This document shows, piece by piece, positions 48,566 through 58,956 of a stretch of 64,000 bases of DNA. The notes beneath the pieces are model-generated. The model was not told the DNA's origin. It saw nothing but the letters and a program-made list of their open reading frames with translations, and did no database searches. The first letter of the stretch is position 1. Every line of letters starts with the position of its first letter. The translations under genes were made by a program, and so were the position numbers. This DNA is from Thiobacillus sp. (GTDB taxonomy: Bacteria; Pseudomonadota; Gammaproteobacteria; Burkholderiales; Thiobacillaceae). The stretch is from the NCBI GenBank assembly GCA_035428045.1, contig DAOMCT010000001.1, positions 162,899-226,898 on the forward strand, read 5' to 3'.

Positions 48566-50485
48566 ATGTGTGGCATTACCGGCATTTTCGATACCCGTGG
48601 CGCGAGCGAGATTTCCTGCGAACTGCTGCACACGATGAACGAAACCCAGTTCCATCGCGGTCCCGACGAAGGCGGCCTGCATCTGGAACCCGGCGTCGGG
48701 CTGGGCCACAGGCGGCTGTCGATCATCGACCTCTCTTCCGGCCAGCAGCCGCTGTTCAACGAAGACGGCTCGGTGGTGGTGGTGTTCAACGGCGAAATCT
48801 ACAACTTTCAGGAACTGGTGCCCGAGCTCGAAGCGCTGGGTCATGTGTTCCGCACCCATTCTGACACCGAAGTCATCGTACATGCCTGGGAGGCCTGGGG
48901 CGAAGCCTGCGTGGCTCGCTTTCGCGGCATGTTTGCGTTTGCCTTGTGGGACCGCAATCTGGGCACGCTGTTCGTGGTGCGCGACCGCTTCGGGGTCAAG
49001 CCGCTGTACTACGCGTTTCTCGACAGCGGCGAATTCATTTTCGGCTCCGAGCTGAAGGCACTGATGGCGCACCCCGGCTTGGGCCGCGCCATCGATCCGT
49101 GCGCCGTCGAGGAGTATTTCGCCTACGGCTACGTGCCGGAGCCGCGCACGATTTTCAAGGGCTGCCACAAGCTGCCGCCCGGCTTTACCCTCACCCTCAA
49201 ACGCGGCCAGACAGCGGCCGCTCCGAAGCAGTATTGGGACATGCCGTTCACTCCGGTGCAGGTGACCGACGAGGCCGGCGCGATGGACGAACTGGTCGAG
49301 CGGCTCAAGGATTCGGTGCGCCTGCGCATGATTGCCGATGTGCCGCTGGGCGCCTTCCTGTCGGGCGGGGTCGATTCCAGCGCGGTGGTCGCCATGATGG
49401 CGACGCAATCCGACACGCCGGTGAATACCTGCTCGATCGGCTTCGACGATCCGGCGTTCAACGAAATCGAGTTCGCCCAGCAGGTGGCGGACCGCTACAA
49501 GACCACTCACCATGTCGAGACCGTCGCCGTCGACGACTTCGGCCTGGTCGACAAGCTGGCCAACGTGTACGACGAGCCTTATGCCGACTCGTCCGCGCTG
49601 CCGACTTACCGGGTCTGCGAACTGGCGCGCAAGCACGTGAAAGTGGCGCTGTCGGGCGACGGCGGCGACGAGCATTTTGCCGGCTACCGGCGCTATCGCT
49701 GGTTCCGCTACGAAGAGCGGATGCGCGCAGTGATGCCGCTGGCCTTGCGCCGCCCGCTGTTCGGCGTGCTCGGCAAGCTCTATCCCAAGGCCGACTGGGC
49801 GCCCAAGGTGTTCCGCGCCAAAACCACGTTCGAGGCGCTGGCGCGCGACACCGTCGAAGGCTATTTTCATGGCGTGTCGCTGCTGTCCGACGCCCAGCGC
49901 AAGCAGCTGTTTTCGCCCTCTTTCAAACGCGAGCTGCAAGGCTATGAGGCGGTCGACGTGCTGCGTCGCCACGCTGCCGCTTCACCCACCGACAACCCTT
50001 TGTCGCTGGTGCAATACCTCGACATGAAGACGTATCTGGTGGGCGACATCCTGACCAAGGTGGACCGCGCCAGCATGGCGCATGCGCTGGAAGTGCGCGA
50101 GCCGCTGCTCGACCACGAGCTGATGGGCTGGGTGTCGGGGCTGCCGACAGACCTCAAGCTGCGCGGCACCGAAGGCAAATATCTGCTGAAAAAATCGATG
50201 GAACCCTACTTGCCGAATGATGTGCTGTACCGCAAGAAAATGGGCTTTTCGGTGCCGTTGGCTGCATGGTTCCGCGGTCCGCTGGCGGCCACCATCCGCA
50301 GCGTGATGCTGGGCGAACGGCTGGCTTCGACCGGGCTGTTCAACCAGAGCTTCCTGCGTGACGTCGTCGAGGCGCACCAGAGCGGGCGGCGCGATTATTC
50401 GGTGATCCTGTGGACGGTCTTGATGTTTGATGCCTTCCTCGCGCAGGTGCTCGGCATGGATGCCGGCGATCGGGCGGCGGTATGA
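48566..50485 (+). CDS. asnB: XrtA-system asparagine synthase-like amidotransferase
   Basis: MCGITG (Cys1 intact), HRRLSIID, FNGEIYN, LSGGVDSS, LSGDGGDE. Confidence 0.93.
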   Translation: MCGITGIFDTRGASEISCELLHTMNETQFHRGPDEGGLHLEPGVGLGHRRLSIIDLSSGQQPLFNEDGSVVVVFNGEIYNFQELVPELEALGHVFRTHSDTEVIVHAWEAWGEACVARFRGMFAFALWDRNLGTLFVVRDRFGVKPLYYAFLDSGEFIFGSELKALMAHPGLGRAIDPCAVEEYFAYGYVPEPRTIFKGCHKLPPGFTLTLKRGQTAAAPKQYWDMPFTPVQVTDEAGAMDELVERLKDSVRLRMIADVPLGAFLSGGVDSSAVVAMMATQSDTPVNTCSIGFDDPAFNEIEFAQQVADRYKTTHHVETVAVDDFGLVDKLANVYDEPYADSSALPTYRVCELARKHVKVALSGDGGDEHFAGYRRYRWFRYEERMRAVMPLALRRPLFGVLGKLYPKADWAPKVFRAKTTFEALARDTVEGYFHGVSLLSDAQRKQLFSPSFKRELQGYEAVDVLRRHAAASPTDNPLSLVQYLDMKTYLVGDILTKVDRASMAHALEVREPLLDHELMGWVSGLPTDLKLRGTEGKYLLKKSMEPYLPNDVLYRKKMGFSVPLAAWFRGPLAATIRSVMLGERLASTGLFNQSFLRDVVEAHQSGRRDYSVILWTVLMFDAFLAQVLGMDAGDRAAV

Positions 50486-51699
50486 AGATCCTGCACGTTT
50501 TCGACCATACCCTGCCGCTGCATTCCGGCTATACCTTCCGGAGCGCCGCGATCCTGCGCGAACAGCGCAAGCTGGGCTGGGACACCCATCACCTGTCGGG
50601 CCCCAAGCAGATCAATTGCAGCGTGACCGAAGAAGACGCCGACGGCCTGCATTTTTACCGCACGCCGCAACCGACCGGATTGCTGGCGAAACTGCCGGGC
50701 GCCGATCCGTTTGCGGTGATGGGCGCAATTGAATCCCGCCTGCTTGAGCTGGCCACAACCCTGCGCCCCGATGTGATCCACGCCCATTCGCCGGTGCTCG
50801 ATGCGGTGCCGGCGATTCGCGTCGGCCGCAAGCTGGGGATCCCGGTGGTATACGAAATCCGTGCCTTCTGGGAAGACGCGGCGGTGGATCACGGCTCGAC
50901 CCGCGAAGGCAGCCTGCGCTACAAGCTGACCCGCGCACTGGAAACCTGGGCGGTGAAAAATGTCGATGCGGTCACCGTCATCTGCGATGGCCTGCGGCAG
51001 GATCTGGCGGCGCGCGGCATCGCGCCCGATAAGATCACGGTGATTCCAAACGCGGTCGATATCGACAAATTCGCCGTTGGTGGCCGACCCGACCCCGAGC
51101 TGAAAATGAAGCTGGGTCTCGGCACCAGCCGCGTGCTGGGTTTCATCGGCTCGTTCTATGCCTACGAGGGCCTCGACCTGTTGCTCGATGCGCTGCCGGT
51201 GATTCTCAAACAGATGCCGGATGTAAAGGTGCTGCTGGTGGGCGGCGGGCCGCAGGAAGCTGCACTGAAAAAGCAGGTCATGGCGCTCGACTTGAAAGAG
51301 CGCGTGATTTTTACCGGGCGTGTGCCGCACGGCGACGTGAACCGCTATTACGACCTGATCGATGTGCTGGTGTATGCGCGCCACCCGATGCGCCTGACCG
51401 AGCTGGTGACGCCTTTGAAGCCGCTGGAAGCGATGGCGCAGGAGCGGCTGATGGTGGCGTCGGACGTTGGCGGCCACAAGGAACTGATTGAGGATGGCAA
51501 GACCGGCGTGCTGTTCCGCGCCGGCGAAGCGGACGACCTCGCCGCCAAGGTGGTCGACCTGCTGAAAAACGAGGCAGGCTGGGCGGCGATGAAGCGCAAC
51601 GGCCGTGCCTTCGTCGAATCCGAGCGCAACTGGACCGCCAGCGTGGCGCGTTATCGCGGTGTGTATGGCCGGTTGATTGGGGGCGCGCGCCTTGGCTGA
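50482..51699 (+). CDS. XrtA-system glycosyltransferase (GT4)
   Basis: LPLHSGYTFRS, HAHSPVL, YEIRAFWED, PLKPLEAMA. Confidence 0.92.
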   Translation: MKILHVFDHTLPLHSGYTFRSAAILREQRKLGWDTHHLSGPKQINCSVTEEDADGLHFYRTPQPTGLLAKLPGADPFAVMGAIESRLLELATTLRPDVIHAHSPVLDAVPAIRVGRKLGIPVVYEIRAFWEDAAVDHGSTREGSLRYKLTRALETWAVKNVDAVTVICDGLRQDLAARGIAPDKITVIPNAVDIDKFAVGGRPDPELKMKLGLGTSRVLGFIGSFYAYEGLDLLLDALPVILKQMPDVKVLLVGGGPQEAALKKQVMALDLKERVIFTGRVPHGDVNRYYDLIDVLVYARHPMRLTELVTPLKPLEAMAQERLMVASDVGGHKELIEDGKTGVLFRAGEADDLAAKVVDLLKNEAGWAAMKRNGRAFVESERNWTASVARYRGVYGRLIGGARLG

Positions 51700-52945
51700 G
51701 TCGACGGCGGCGGATCGCATCGACCTCGTCGTATTCAGCGCGCTGTTTCCTAGCGCCGTGCGGCCGGGCGCGGGGCTGTTCATCCGCGAGCGCATGTTCC
51801 GCGTCGCCCGCCAGCGGCCGCTCGCCGTGGTGTCGCCGCAGCCGTGGTTTCCCGGCCAGGCGCTGATCCGCCGCTGGCGTCCGGGCTATCGTCCCGCTGC
51901 CCCCGTGCTGGAAGTGCAGCAGGGCATTCGGGTCTACCACCCGCGCTTTCTGTCTTTTCCCGGCGTACTGCGTGGACTCGACGGCTGGTCGATGGCCCTC
52001 TGCAGCTACTGGCTGGTGCGGCGGCTGAAACAGCAGGGCGCGCGCCTGATCGACGCGCATTTTGCCTATCCCGACGGCGAAGCCGCTACCCGGCTCGGCC
52101 GCTGGCTCGGTCTGCCGGTGACGGTCACGTTGCGTGGCACTGAAGTGCCGCACAGTCGCAATCCGGCGCTGCGCCCCCGTCTGGTGCGTGCCTTGCGCGG
52201 CGCGACGCGGGTGTTTGCCGTATCGGATTCGCTGCGGCGGCTGGCGCTGGAGCTGGGTACGCCGGCCGAGCGCACCGAAGTTGTCGGCAACGGCGTCGAT
52301 GTGGCGCGCTTCCATCCGGTCGACCGGATGGAAGCGCGTGCGCGTTTCAATTTGCCAGCGGATGCGCAGGTGCTGATTTCGGTGGGCGGGCTGGTCGAGC
52401 GCAAGGGCATGCACCGCGTGATCGATTGCCTGCCTGCATTGCTGGCGAACCATCCCGCTTTGCACTACCTCATTGTCGGTGGCGGCAGTCCGGAAGGGGA
52501 CATGCGCCCCGAACTGGAGGCCCAGGTCAGGCGACTGGGCCTGGCCGGGCAGGTGCATTTTCTCGGCGCAGTGGTACCGGACGACCTCAAATGGCCGCTG
52601 TCGGCAGCGGACGTGTTCGTGCTGTCCACGCGGAACGAAGGCTGGGCGAACGTGTTTCTTGAAGCGATGGCGTGCGGCCTGCCGGTCGTCGCCACCGATG
52701 TCGGGGGCAATGCCGAAGTGGTGTGTCGCGCCGAACTCGGCAGCATCGTACCGTTCGGCGATGCAGCCGCCCTGACTACCGCTCTCGACACCGCGCTGGA
52801 CAAGCCATGGGATCGCGCCGCGATCCTCGCGTATGCCGAGGCCAATCAGTGGGACAAGCGGGTGGCGCAGTTGCTGCACGCGTTCGCGTCCATGCTGGCG
52901 AAACCGGATGTCACGCCGGAACCGACGGCAGCGGCCAAATCATGA
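51677..52945 (+). CDS. Glycosyltransferase family 4 (TuaC-like)
   Basis: DAHFAYPDG, TLRGT, GNGVD, EGWANVFLEAMACG. Start uncertain (possibly TTG 51692). Confidence 0.88.
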   Translation: MGARALAESTAADRIDLVVFSALFPSAVRPGAGLFIRERMFRVARQRPLAVVSPQPWFPGQALIRRWRPGYRPAAPVLEVQQGIRVYHPRFLSFPGVLRGLDGWSMALCSYWLVRRLKQQGARLIDAHFAYPDGEAATRLGRWLGLPVTVTLRGTEVPHSRNPALRPRLVRALRGATRVFAVSDSLRRLALELGTPAERTEVVGNGVDVARFHPVDRMEARARFNLPADAQVLISVGGLVERKGMHRVIDCLPALLANHPALHYLIVGGGSPEGDMRPELEAQVRRLGLAGQVHFLGAVVPDDLKWPLSAADVFVLSTRNEGWANVFLEAMACGLPVVATDVGGNAEVVCRAELGSIVPFGDAAALTTALDTALDKPWDRAAILAYAEANQWDKRVAQLLHAFASMLAKPDVTPEPTAAAKS

Positions 52946-53802
52946 CAGCCGCCCCACTCGCTTCGCCCCAACCCGCTACCGGCCACGATGCCCGCAGCCT
53001 GTCGTTGCGTCTGCGGCACGCGCTGTGGCGAAAAGCCAAGGCTTGGCGGCAGCGTGTATTGCCGCGCCCGCTGGCGCAGCATGTGTTCGTTGCCGGCATG
53101 CAGCGTTCCGGCACCAATTTGCTGATGGACGTGCTGGACGCCAGCGCCGCCACCCAGGTGTTTCACGAGACCGATGCGCGCGCGTTCGAGCGCTACGAGA
53201 TGCGCGATGTGGCCGTGATCTGGCAGCTCGCCCGCCAGTGCCCGGCGCCGGTGTTCGTGGTGAAGGCGCTGTGCGAGCTGGACCGTATCAAGTTCCTGAT
53301 GGAGACGTTCACGCCGGCACACACCCTGTGGGTGGTGCGCGACTGGCGCGACAGCGTGAATTCGGCGGTCAAGTCATTTGGCAACTTTGTGCCGCAGTGG
53401 CAGCGCCTGGCCGAAGGCGACGCCGATGACTGGCGCGGACGCGGGATGTCGGCCGCCACCCGCGAACTGCTTGCTGCCCTGTACCACCCGGACGCGAGTG
53501 AAGCCGAAGGCGCAGCCATCATGTGGTTCTACCGCAATGTGCTGTTTTTCGAGCAGCAACTGGCGGCCGATCCGCGCGTGCGCGTGGTGTTTTACGAGGA
53601 TCTGGTGCAGCAGCCGATGCGTGAAGTCGCTGCGGTGTATGCCTTCCTGGGGCTGCCCGGATTCAATGCAGCCAAGGCCCGCCGCATTCACGCACATTCG
53701 GTGAAACGCAGGAGTCCGCCCGACATCGCCCCAGCGGTGACGGCTTTGTGCGACGAATTGCTGGCGCGCTTCGCGGCGTTGCCTGCGCGAAAGCCGGCAT
53801 GA
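52942..53802 (+). CDS. Sulfotransferase family protein
   Basis: 5'-PSB loop VAGMQRSGTNLL; 3'-PB-like VRDWRDSVNS; YEDLV..P. Confidence 0.8.
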   Translation: MTAAPLASPQPATGHDARSLSLRLRHALWRKAKAWRQRVLPRPLAQHVFVAGMQRSGTNLLMDVLDASAATQVFHETDARAFERYEMRDVAVIWQLARQCPAPVFVVKALCELDRIKFLMETFTPAHTLWVVRDWRDSVNSAVKSFGNFVPQWQRLAEGDADDWRGRGMSAATRELLAALYHPDASEAEGAAIMWFYRNVLFFEQQLAADPRVRVVFYEDLVQQPMREVAAVYAFLGLPGFNAAKARRIHAHSVKRRSPPDIAPAVTALCDELLARFAALPARKPA

Positions 53803-55190
53803 GCGTTCCGGTCTGGTTTGCCCGCACGGTGTTTCGCGCGCAGGAAGCCGCGATGAAACGCCCTACCTTTGCAGTGCTGACCGGACTGGAGCGCAGCCAA
53901 TGGCTGTCGCCCGAAGCCATGCAGGTCGAACAGACTCTGCGCCTCAATCAGCTGTTGCACACCGCCTTGCTGCATAGTCCATGGCATGCCGCGCGTCTGC
54001 GCGAGGCGGGACTGGATGGTCGGGTGCGGGCAGGCGCGGCCACGCTGGCGGATCTGACGTTGCTGCCGACCATGAACAAACGCGATGCGCGCGAACACGT
54101 CGAGCAGCTGGTCTGGCGCGGTGTGCCGGGTGGGGTGTTCAAGTACACCACGGGCGGATCCAGCGGCGAGCCGCTGATTTTCTATTTCGGCCGCGCGCGT
54201 CAGGCAGCCGATGCTGCCGGGCGCCTGCGCGCGCGCCGCTGGTGGGGCGTCGAGCCAGGTGCGCGCGAGGTCTATCTGTGGGGCGCGCCGGTGGAACTGA
54301 ACAAGACCGACCGCATCAAGACGCTGCGCGACCGTCTGGTCAACCAGCTGTTGCTCAACGCCTTCGAGATGTCGCCCGCACGGATGGATGAGTATCTGGG
54401 CGCACTTCAAGTCTGGAATCCACTGGCGATTTATGGCTATGCCAGCAGCTTGGCCTTGCTGGCTAGCCACGCTGTGGCGCGTGGTGTCGGACTGAAACTG
54501 CCCGCGTTGCGCGTGGTCAGCGCCACCGGCGAGCCCTTGTTCCCGCACCAGCGTGAGTTGATTGAGCGCGTGTTCGGGGTGCCGGTGTCCGTGGAATATG
54601 GTGCGCGCGATGCCGGGTTGATGGCACTGGAGTCGCCCGACGGCGTGCTGCTGCAAATGAGCGAGACCCACCTGATCGAAGTGCTCGACGCCGCCGGGCA
54701 GCCGGTGGCGGACGGCGAGGAGGGTGAAGCGGTGGTCACCAGTCTGGTGTCTGAAGCGCAGCCCTTCATCCGCTATCGCACCGGCGACGTCGTGCGGCGT
54801 TCGACCCGAAATGACCCCAGCGGCCGCGCCCTTGCGGTGCTCGATGCCGTGGTGGGGCGGCAGACCGACTTCATCGTCGCCGCCGATGGCCGCGTCATGC
54901 ACGCGCTGGCGGTGATTTACGTGCTGCGCGCGATTGCCGGCGTCGACCAGTTCAAGTTGATCCAGCACGCGCTGGATCGCCTGGAAGTGCAGGTGGTCCC
55001 GGATGCGCGCTGGAACGAGGCCGCACGCGCCGCCGTGATCGAAGGCCTGCGCGCGCGGCTGGGACCGGCGCTGGCGGTGGAGTTGAAACTACTGGATGCG
55101 ATCGCCCCCGAAGCCTCGGGCAAACACCGTTATGTCGTCAGCCACGTGCCGCTTCCCGGCGCGCTGGCGCAGAAAGCTGAAGCCGCATGA
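53799..55190 (+). CDS. Phenylacetate-CoA ligase/CapK-like adenylate-forming enzyme
   Basis: YTTGGSSGEP, EYGARDAG, PFIRYRTGD, GRQTD, SGKHR. Confidence 0.85.
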   Translation: MSVPVWFARTVFRAQEAAMKRPTFAVLTGLERSQWLSPEAMQVEQTLRLNQLLHTALLHSPWHAARLREAGLDGRVRAGAATLADLTLLPTMNKRDAREHVEQLVWRGVPGGVFKYTTGGSSGEPLIFYFGRARQAADAAGRLRARRWWGVEPGAREVYLWGAPVELNKTDRIKTLRDRLVNQLLLNAFEMSPARMDEYLGALQVWNPLAIYGYASSLALLASHAVARGVGLKLPALRVVSATGEPLFPHQRELIERVFGVPVSVEYGARDAGLMALESPDGVLLQMSETHLIEVLDAAGQPVADGEEGEAVVTSLVSEAQPFIRYRTGDVVRRSTRNDPSGRALAVLDAVVGRQTDFIVAADGRVMHALAVIYVLRAIAGVDQFKLIQHALDRLEVQVVPDARWNEAARAAVIEGLRARLGPALAVELKLLDAIAPEASGKHRYVVSHVPLPGALAQKAEAA

Positions 55191-56482
55191 GAGACATCTT
55201 CATTACCGCCGTCATCTTCGGCCTGCTGCCGTTTGTCTTTAAACGCCCGTGGCTGGGCATCCTGCTCTGGTCGTGGCTGGGTTACATGAGCCCGCACCGG
55301 CTGGCGTGGGGCTTTGCCTACAGCCTGCCGTTTTCGATGATCGTCGGTCTGGTGACCATCGTTGCCTTTATGGCGTCTAAGGAAAAGAAAGAGATGCCGT
55401 GGACGCGCGAGACCATTCTCCTGCTGGTCTTTGTAGGCTGGATGCTGTTCACCACCTTCTTTGCGTTTTATCCCGACCTGGCCTGGATGCAATGGGACAA
55501 GGTATGGAAAATCCAGCTCATGGTGTTCCTGACGGCGCTCATCATCACCGACCGCCATAAACTGCATTGGCTCATCTGGGTGATTGCCCTGTCATTCGGG
55601 TTCTATGGGGTCAAAGGCGGAATCTTCACCATCATCAACGGTGGCGCCTACCGGGTGCAGGGGCCTCCAGGCACCTTTATTGGGGGCAACAACGAAATGG
55701 CGCTGGCGTTGGTAATGACGATTCCGCTGATCCGTTATCTGCACCTTCAGGAAACTCGTCATTTGTTCAAAATGGGTCTTGCCAGCGCCATGGTGCTGAC
55801 CGGGGTGGCGGCGATCGGCAGCCAGTCGCGCGGTGGCCTGGTGGCAATGGTGGCGATGGGCCTGTTCCTGTGGCTGAAGAGCCGCAACAAGATTGTCACG
55901 GGGTTATACATGGCGATCGCGGTTTTGATCATGGCCTCGGTGATGCCGCAGGCCTGGTACGACCGCATGAACACGATCAATACCTACGAGCAGGATCAGT
56001 CGACCCAGGGACGCTTCAATGCCTGGCATACCGCATTCAATCTGGCGAAAGACCGCATCACGGGCGGTGGCTTCGAGACGTTTCAGGGGCCCACCTTCCG
56101 CCAATATGCGCCTGACCCGTGGAACGTGCGCGACGTGCACAGCATCTATTTCGAGCAGATGGGCGAGCATGGCTTCATCGGCCTGGCGTTATTCCTGCTG
56201 CTGGGCCTGCTGGCCTGGATCCGCGCGCAGCAGATCATCAACCGATGCAAGAACGATCCGGAGCGGAAATGGGCGGCCGATCTGGCGGCGATGATCCAGG
56301 TCAGCCTCATCGGCTTTGCCGCAGGCGGCACCTTTCTTGGCATGAGCTACTTTGACCTGCCCTATCACCTGATGGTCATTCTGGTGCTGGTCGCCAAATT
56401 CACCGGGCTGCTGGAGAAGCAGGTGGTTCCGCTTGCACGCTTTGGCAATGTGCCCGACGCCGCCCCCCGGCCATTTATTTAA
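55187..56482 (+). CDS. Putative O-glycosylation ligase, exosortase A-associated (O-antigen ligase-like)
   Basis: Multi-TM; MSPHRLAW, SRGG, periplasmic loop ending HSIYF...GEHG. Confidence 0.88.
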   Translation: MRDIFITAVIFGLLPFVFKRPWLGILLWSWLGYMSPHRLAWGFAYSLPFSMIVGLVTIVAFMASKEKKEMPWTRETILLLVFVGWMLFTTFFAFYPDLAWMQWDKVWKIQLMVFLTALIITDRHKLHWLIWVIALSFGFYGVKGGIFTIINGGAYRVQGPPGTFIGGNNEMALALVMTIPLIRYLHLQETRHLFKMGLASAMVLTGVAAIGSQSRGGLVAMVAMGLFLWLKSRNKIVTGLYMAIAVLIMASVMPQAWYDRMNTINTYEQDQSTQGRFNAWHTAFNLAKDRITGGGFETFQGPTFRQYAPDPWNVRDVHSIYFEQMGEHGFIGLALFLLLGLLAWIRAQQIINRCKNDPERKWAADLAAMIQVSLIGFAAGGTFLGMSYFDLPYHLMVILVLVAKFTGLLEKQVVPLARFGNVPDAAPRPFI

Positions 56483-56494
56483 TAGGCACGCATC

Positions 56495-57484
56495 GTGGCT
56501 GGATTGAGTTTGCCGCCCGGCTTGGGGCGATCGTTCTGGTTTGCCGTACTGCTACTGCTCGGGATGGAATTCGCGCTCCACAGCGATGCCGTGCTGCTAC
56601 GCTATCGTTCGGTGTTCGCGGTGGGGCGCGCGGTAGACAAGCTGCAACTCGTCGAAACCCGGCCGCCGCACGTGCTCTTCATTGGCAACAGCCGGACCGA
56701 CAATGGCATCGACCCGCGCACGGTCAGTCGTGTTTTGAGTCAGCCTGCGGCCACCAGTTTCAACCTCGGGTTGCCGGGCACCAATGTGCTGACCTGGCAC
56801 GGCATGGTCGAACGACTGAACGCCCGGGGCTTGCTGGGTTCCCGGGGCATCCATACGGTGGTGCTGGGGCTGGATGAAAGCGCGCTGCAGGACGACAACT
56901 CGCTGGGTTATGTGAGTTTTTTTGCCGACCGCGCCGCACTATGGCAAGCCGGGCGTTATCAGGACTGGCTGGGCAGCGTGGTTCGCCTGTGGTCGTACAG
57001 CGGCAACCTGCGGCAACTGCGCGAGCCGGAAAAGGGGCTGCGTTTTCTTGCCGCGAGCACCCGACAGATCGACCCGGTGGGCGGTGCGGCGGCGGCGTAC
57101 CTGGGCTACCGCGCGGGTTTCGGTGCGGCACAGGACCAGGCACAGGTCGCGCAGCAGGAACGCGCGGCCCACCAGCCGCCCGCCCCGGTCGCCCTCGATT
57201 TTTTGTGGAGCATGCTAGACCGACTGCAGGGGCAGGGGGTGCGCGTCTTTGTCACCATCCCGCCGCTGCGTGACCGCGAGTCGGCCTTCTACGATTCCGG
57301 CGCAAGCGCTGCGCCCTACCGCGTCCTGCTTGCCCGGCTGCAACAGCACGGGGTGACGGTGTTGCCCGCGCCGACCGGCTTTGTGCCGGCAGACTTCATC
57401 AACGCCGGCCATCTGCGTGATGCAGGAGCGCAACGCTACAGCGCGGATGTGGGGCGACTATTGCGCGCGTCAGGGGTGAAATAA
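56495..57484 (+). CDS. SGNH/AlgJ-like periplasmic partner of the MBOAT protein
   Basis: N-terminal TM, block I IGNSR, NLGLPG, C-terminal FINAGHL; directly upstream of the MBOAT gene. Confidence 0.6.
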   Translation: MAGLSLPPGLGRSFWFAVLLLLGMEFALHSDAVLLRYRSVFAVGRAVDKLQLVETRPPHVLFIGNSRTDNGIDPRTVSRVLSQPAATSFNLGLPGTNVLTWHGMVERLNARGLLGSRGIHTVVLGLDESALQDDNSLGYVSFFADRAALWQAGRYQDWLGSVVRLWSYSGNLRQLREPEKGLRFLAASTRQIDPVGGAAAAYLGYRAGFGAAQDQAQVAQQERAAHQPPAPVALDFLWSMLDRLQGQGVRVFVTIPPLRDRESAFYDSGASAAPYRVLLARLQQHGVTVLPAPTGFVPADFINAGHLRDAGAQRYSADVGRLLRASGVK

Positions 57485-57487
57485 GTC

Positions 57488-58921
57488 ATGGTTTTCAGTT
57501 CGCCTTCCTTCCTGCTGTTCTTTGCGGTGCTGCTGCTTTTTTACGCGGGTGCGCGCACCTACCGTGAACGCGCGGCCGTGATTCTGGTGGGTAGTCTGAT
57601 TTTTTATGCGTCGTGGAAACCGGCCTACCTGATCCTGCTGGCGGTGTCGGTCAGTTTCAACTATCTGATCTATTCGGGGCTGACGGCGACCCGCAGCAAA
57701 CGCCTGCTGACTTTCGGGCTGGTGCTGAACCTGGGCTTTCTCGGCATCGTCAAATATCTCGGCATGGCGCTGGAAAGCCTGCTGGGTTTGAGCGCCTGGC
57801 TCGACATGCCGCTGTTCGGTGCGCCGCCTGCTTGGAGCCACTGGGCGCTGCCGCTGGGCATCAGCTTCTACACCTTCCACATGCTGTCGGTCATGATCGA
57901 CGTCTATCGCGGCGAGTGGACGCACCGCATTTCCTTCCGCGCCTGGTGGCTGTATGTAACCTTCTTCCCGCACATGATTGCCGGCCCCATCCTGCGCGCC
58001 TCCGAACTCGTCGAGCAGCTGGAAAACCTGCAGCCGCTCAAGGCCGCCCAACTCAAGCTGGGCGCGCTGATTTTCATGGCGGGGCTGATCAAGAAGGTGC
58101 TGTTTGCCGACAACCTGGCGCCGCTGGCCGATGAGCTGTTCAGCCGTCCCGAGGCGCTGGATTTTTATACCGCGTGGCTGGCGGCCACCGTATTCGCACT
58201 GCAGATCTATTTCGATTTTTCCGGCTACAGCGAAATGGCCATCGGCCTCGCGCTGGCCTTTGGCGTGGTGCTGCCGCGCAATTTTCTGTACCCCTACACC
58301 AGTCGCAGCGTGCGCGAATTCTGGCAGCGCTGGCATATCACGCTGTCGCGCTGGCTGCGCGACTACCTCTACATTTCGTTGGGCGGCAACCGGCGCGGCG
58401 TGCCGCGCAACTTTGCCAATCTGATGATCACCATGCTGCTGGGCGGCCTGTGGCATGGCGCCGCCTGGACCTTCGTGTTCTGGGGCTTATTGCACGGCAG
58501 CTATCTGGTGCTGCACCGCATGCTGCTCGACGGTTACACGCGGCTGGGCGTGGTGAACGGCTCGACGGTGTCACGCGCCCTGTCCTGGCTGGGCTGGCCG
58601 CTGACGCTGGCGCTGGTGTGGGTGACCTGGGTGTTCTTTCGTGCGCCTTCGTTTCATGACGCCTGGATCATTACTGCGGCGATGCTGGGCCTGGCCGATG
58701 CGATGAACGCCCCGTATGTGCGCACCTACGTGCAGGCTCTGGTATGGGGCAGTCTGCTGCTGGTGCTGCTGGAACCCCGGATCGAGCGCGGCCTGACGCA
58801 GGGTTTACAGGCCTGGGGGCGGTTGCACTTTGCGCTGCGCGGCAGTGCCTACGCCGGGCTGGTGCTGGCGGTCATCGTGCTGGGAGGAAGCAGCCAGAAG
58901 TTCATCTACTTCGACTTCTAG
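57488..58921 (+). CDS. MBOAT family polysaccharide O-acyltransferase (AlgI/PatA-like)
   Basis: LPLGISFYTF, FFPHMIAGPI, YFDFSGYS, EFWQRWHITLS, GLWHGAAWTF, FIYFDF. Confidence 0.93.
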   Translation: MVFSSPSFLLFFAVLLLFYAGARTYRERAAVILVGSLIFYASWKPAYLILLAVSVSFNYLIYSGLTATRSKRLLTFGLVLNLGFLGIVKYLGMALESLLGLSAWLDMPLFGAPPAWSHWALPLGISFYTFHMLSVMIDVYRGEWTHRISFRAWWLYVTFFPHMIAGPILRASELVEQLENLQPLKAAQLKLGALIFMAGLIKKVLFADNLAPLADELFSRPEALDFYTAWLAATVFALQIYFDFSGYSEMAIGLALAFGVVLPRNFLYPYTSRSVREFWQRWHITLSRWLRDYLYISLGGNRRGVPRNFANLMITMLLGGLWHGAAWTFVFWGLLHGSYLVLHRMLLDGYTRLGVVNGSTVSRALSWLGWPLTLALVWVTWVFFRAPSFHDAWIITAAMLGLADAMNAPYVRTYVQALVWGSLLLVLLEPRIERGLTQGLQAWGRLHFALRGSAYAGLVLAVIVLGGSSQKFIYFDF

Positions 58922-58956
58922 GTGAACCGTATGGCGTCTGACGCGCTGTGTGTGGC

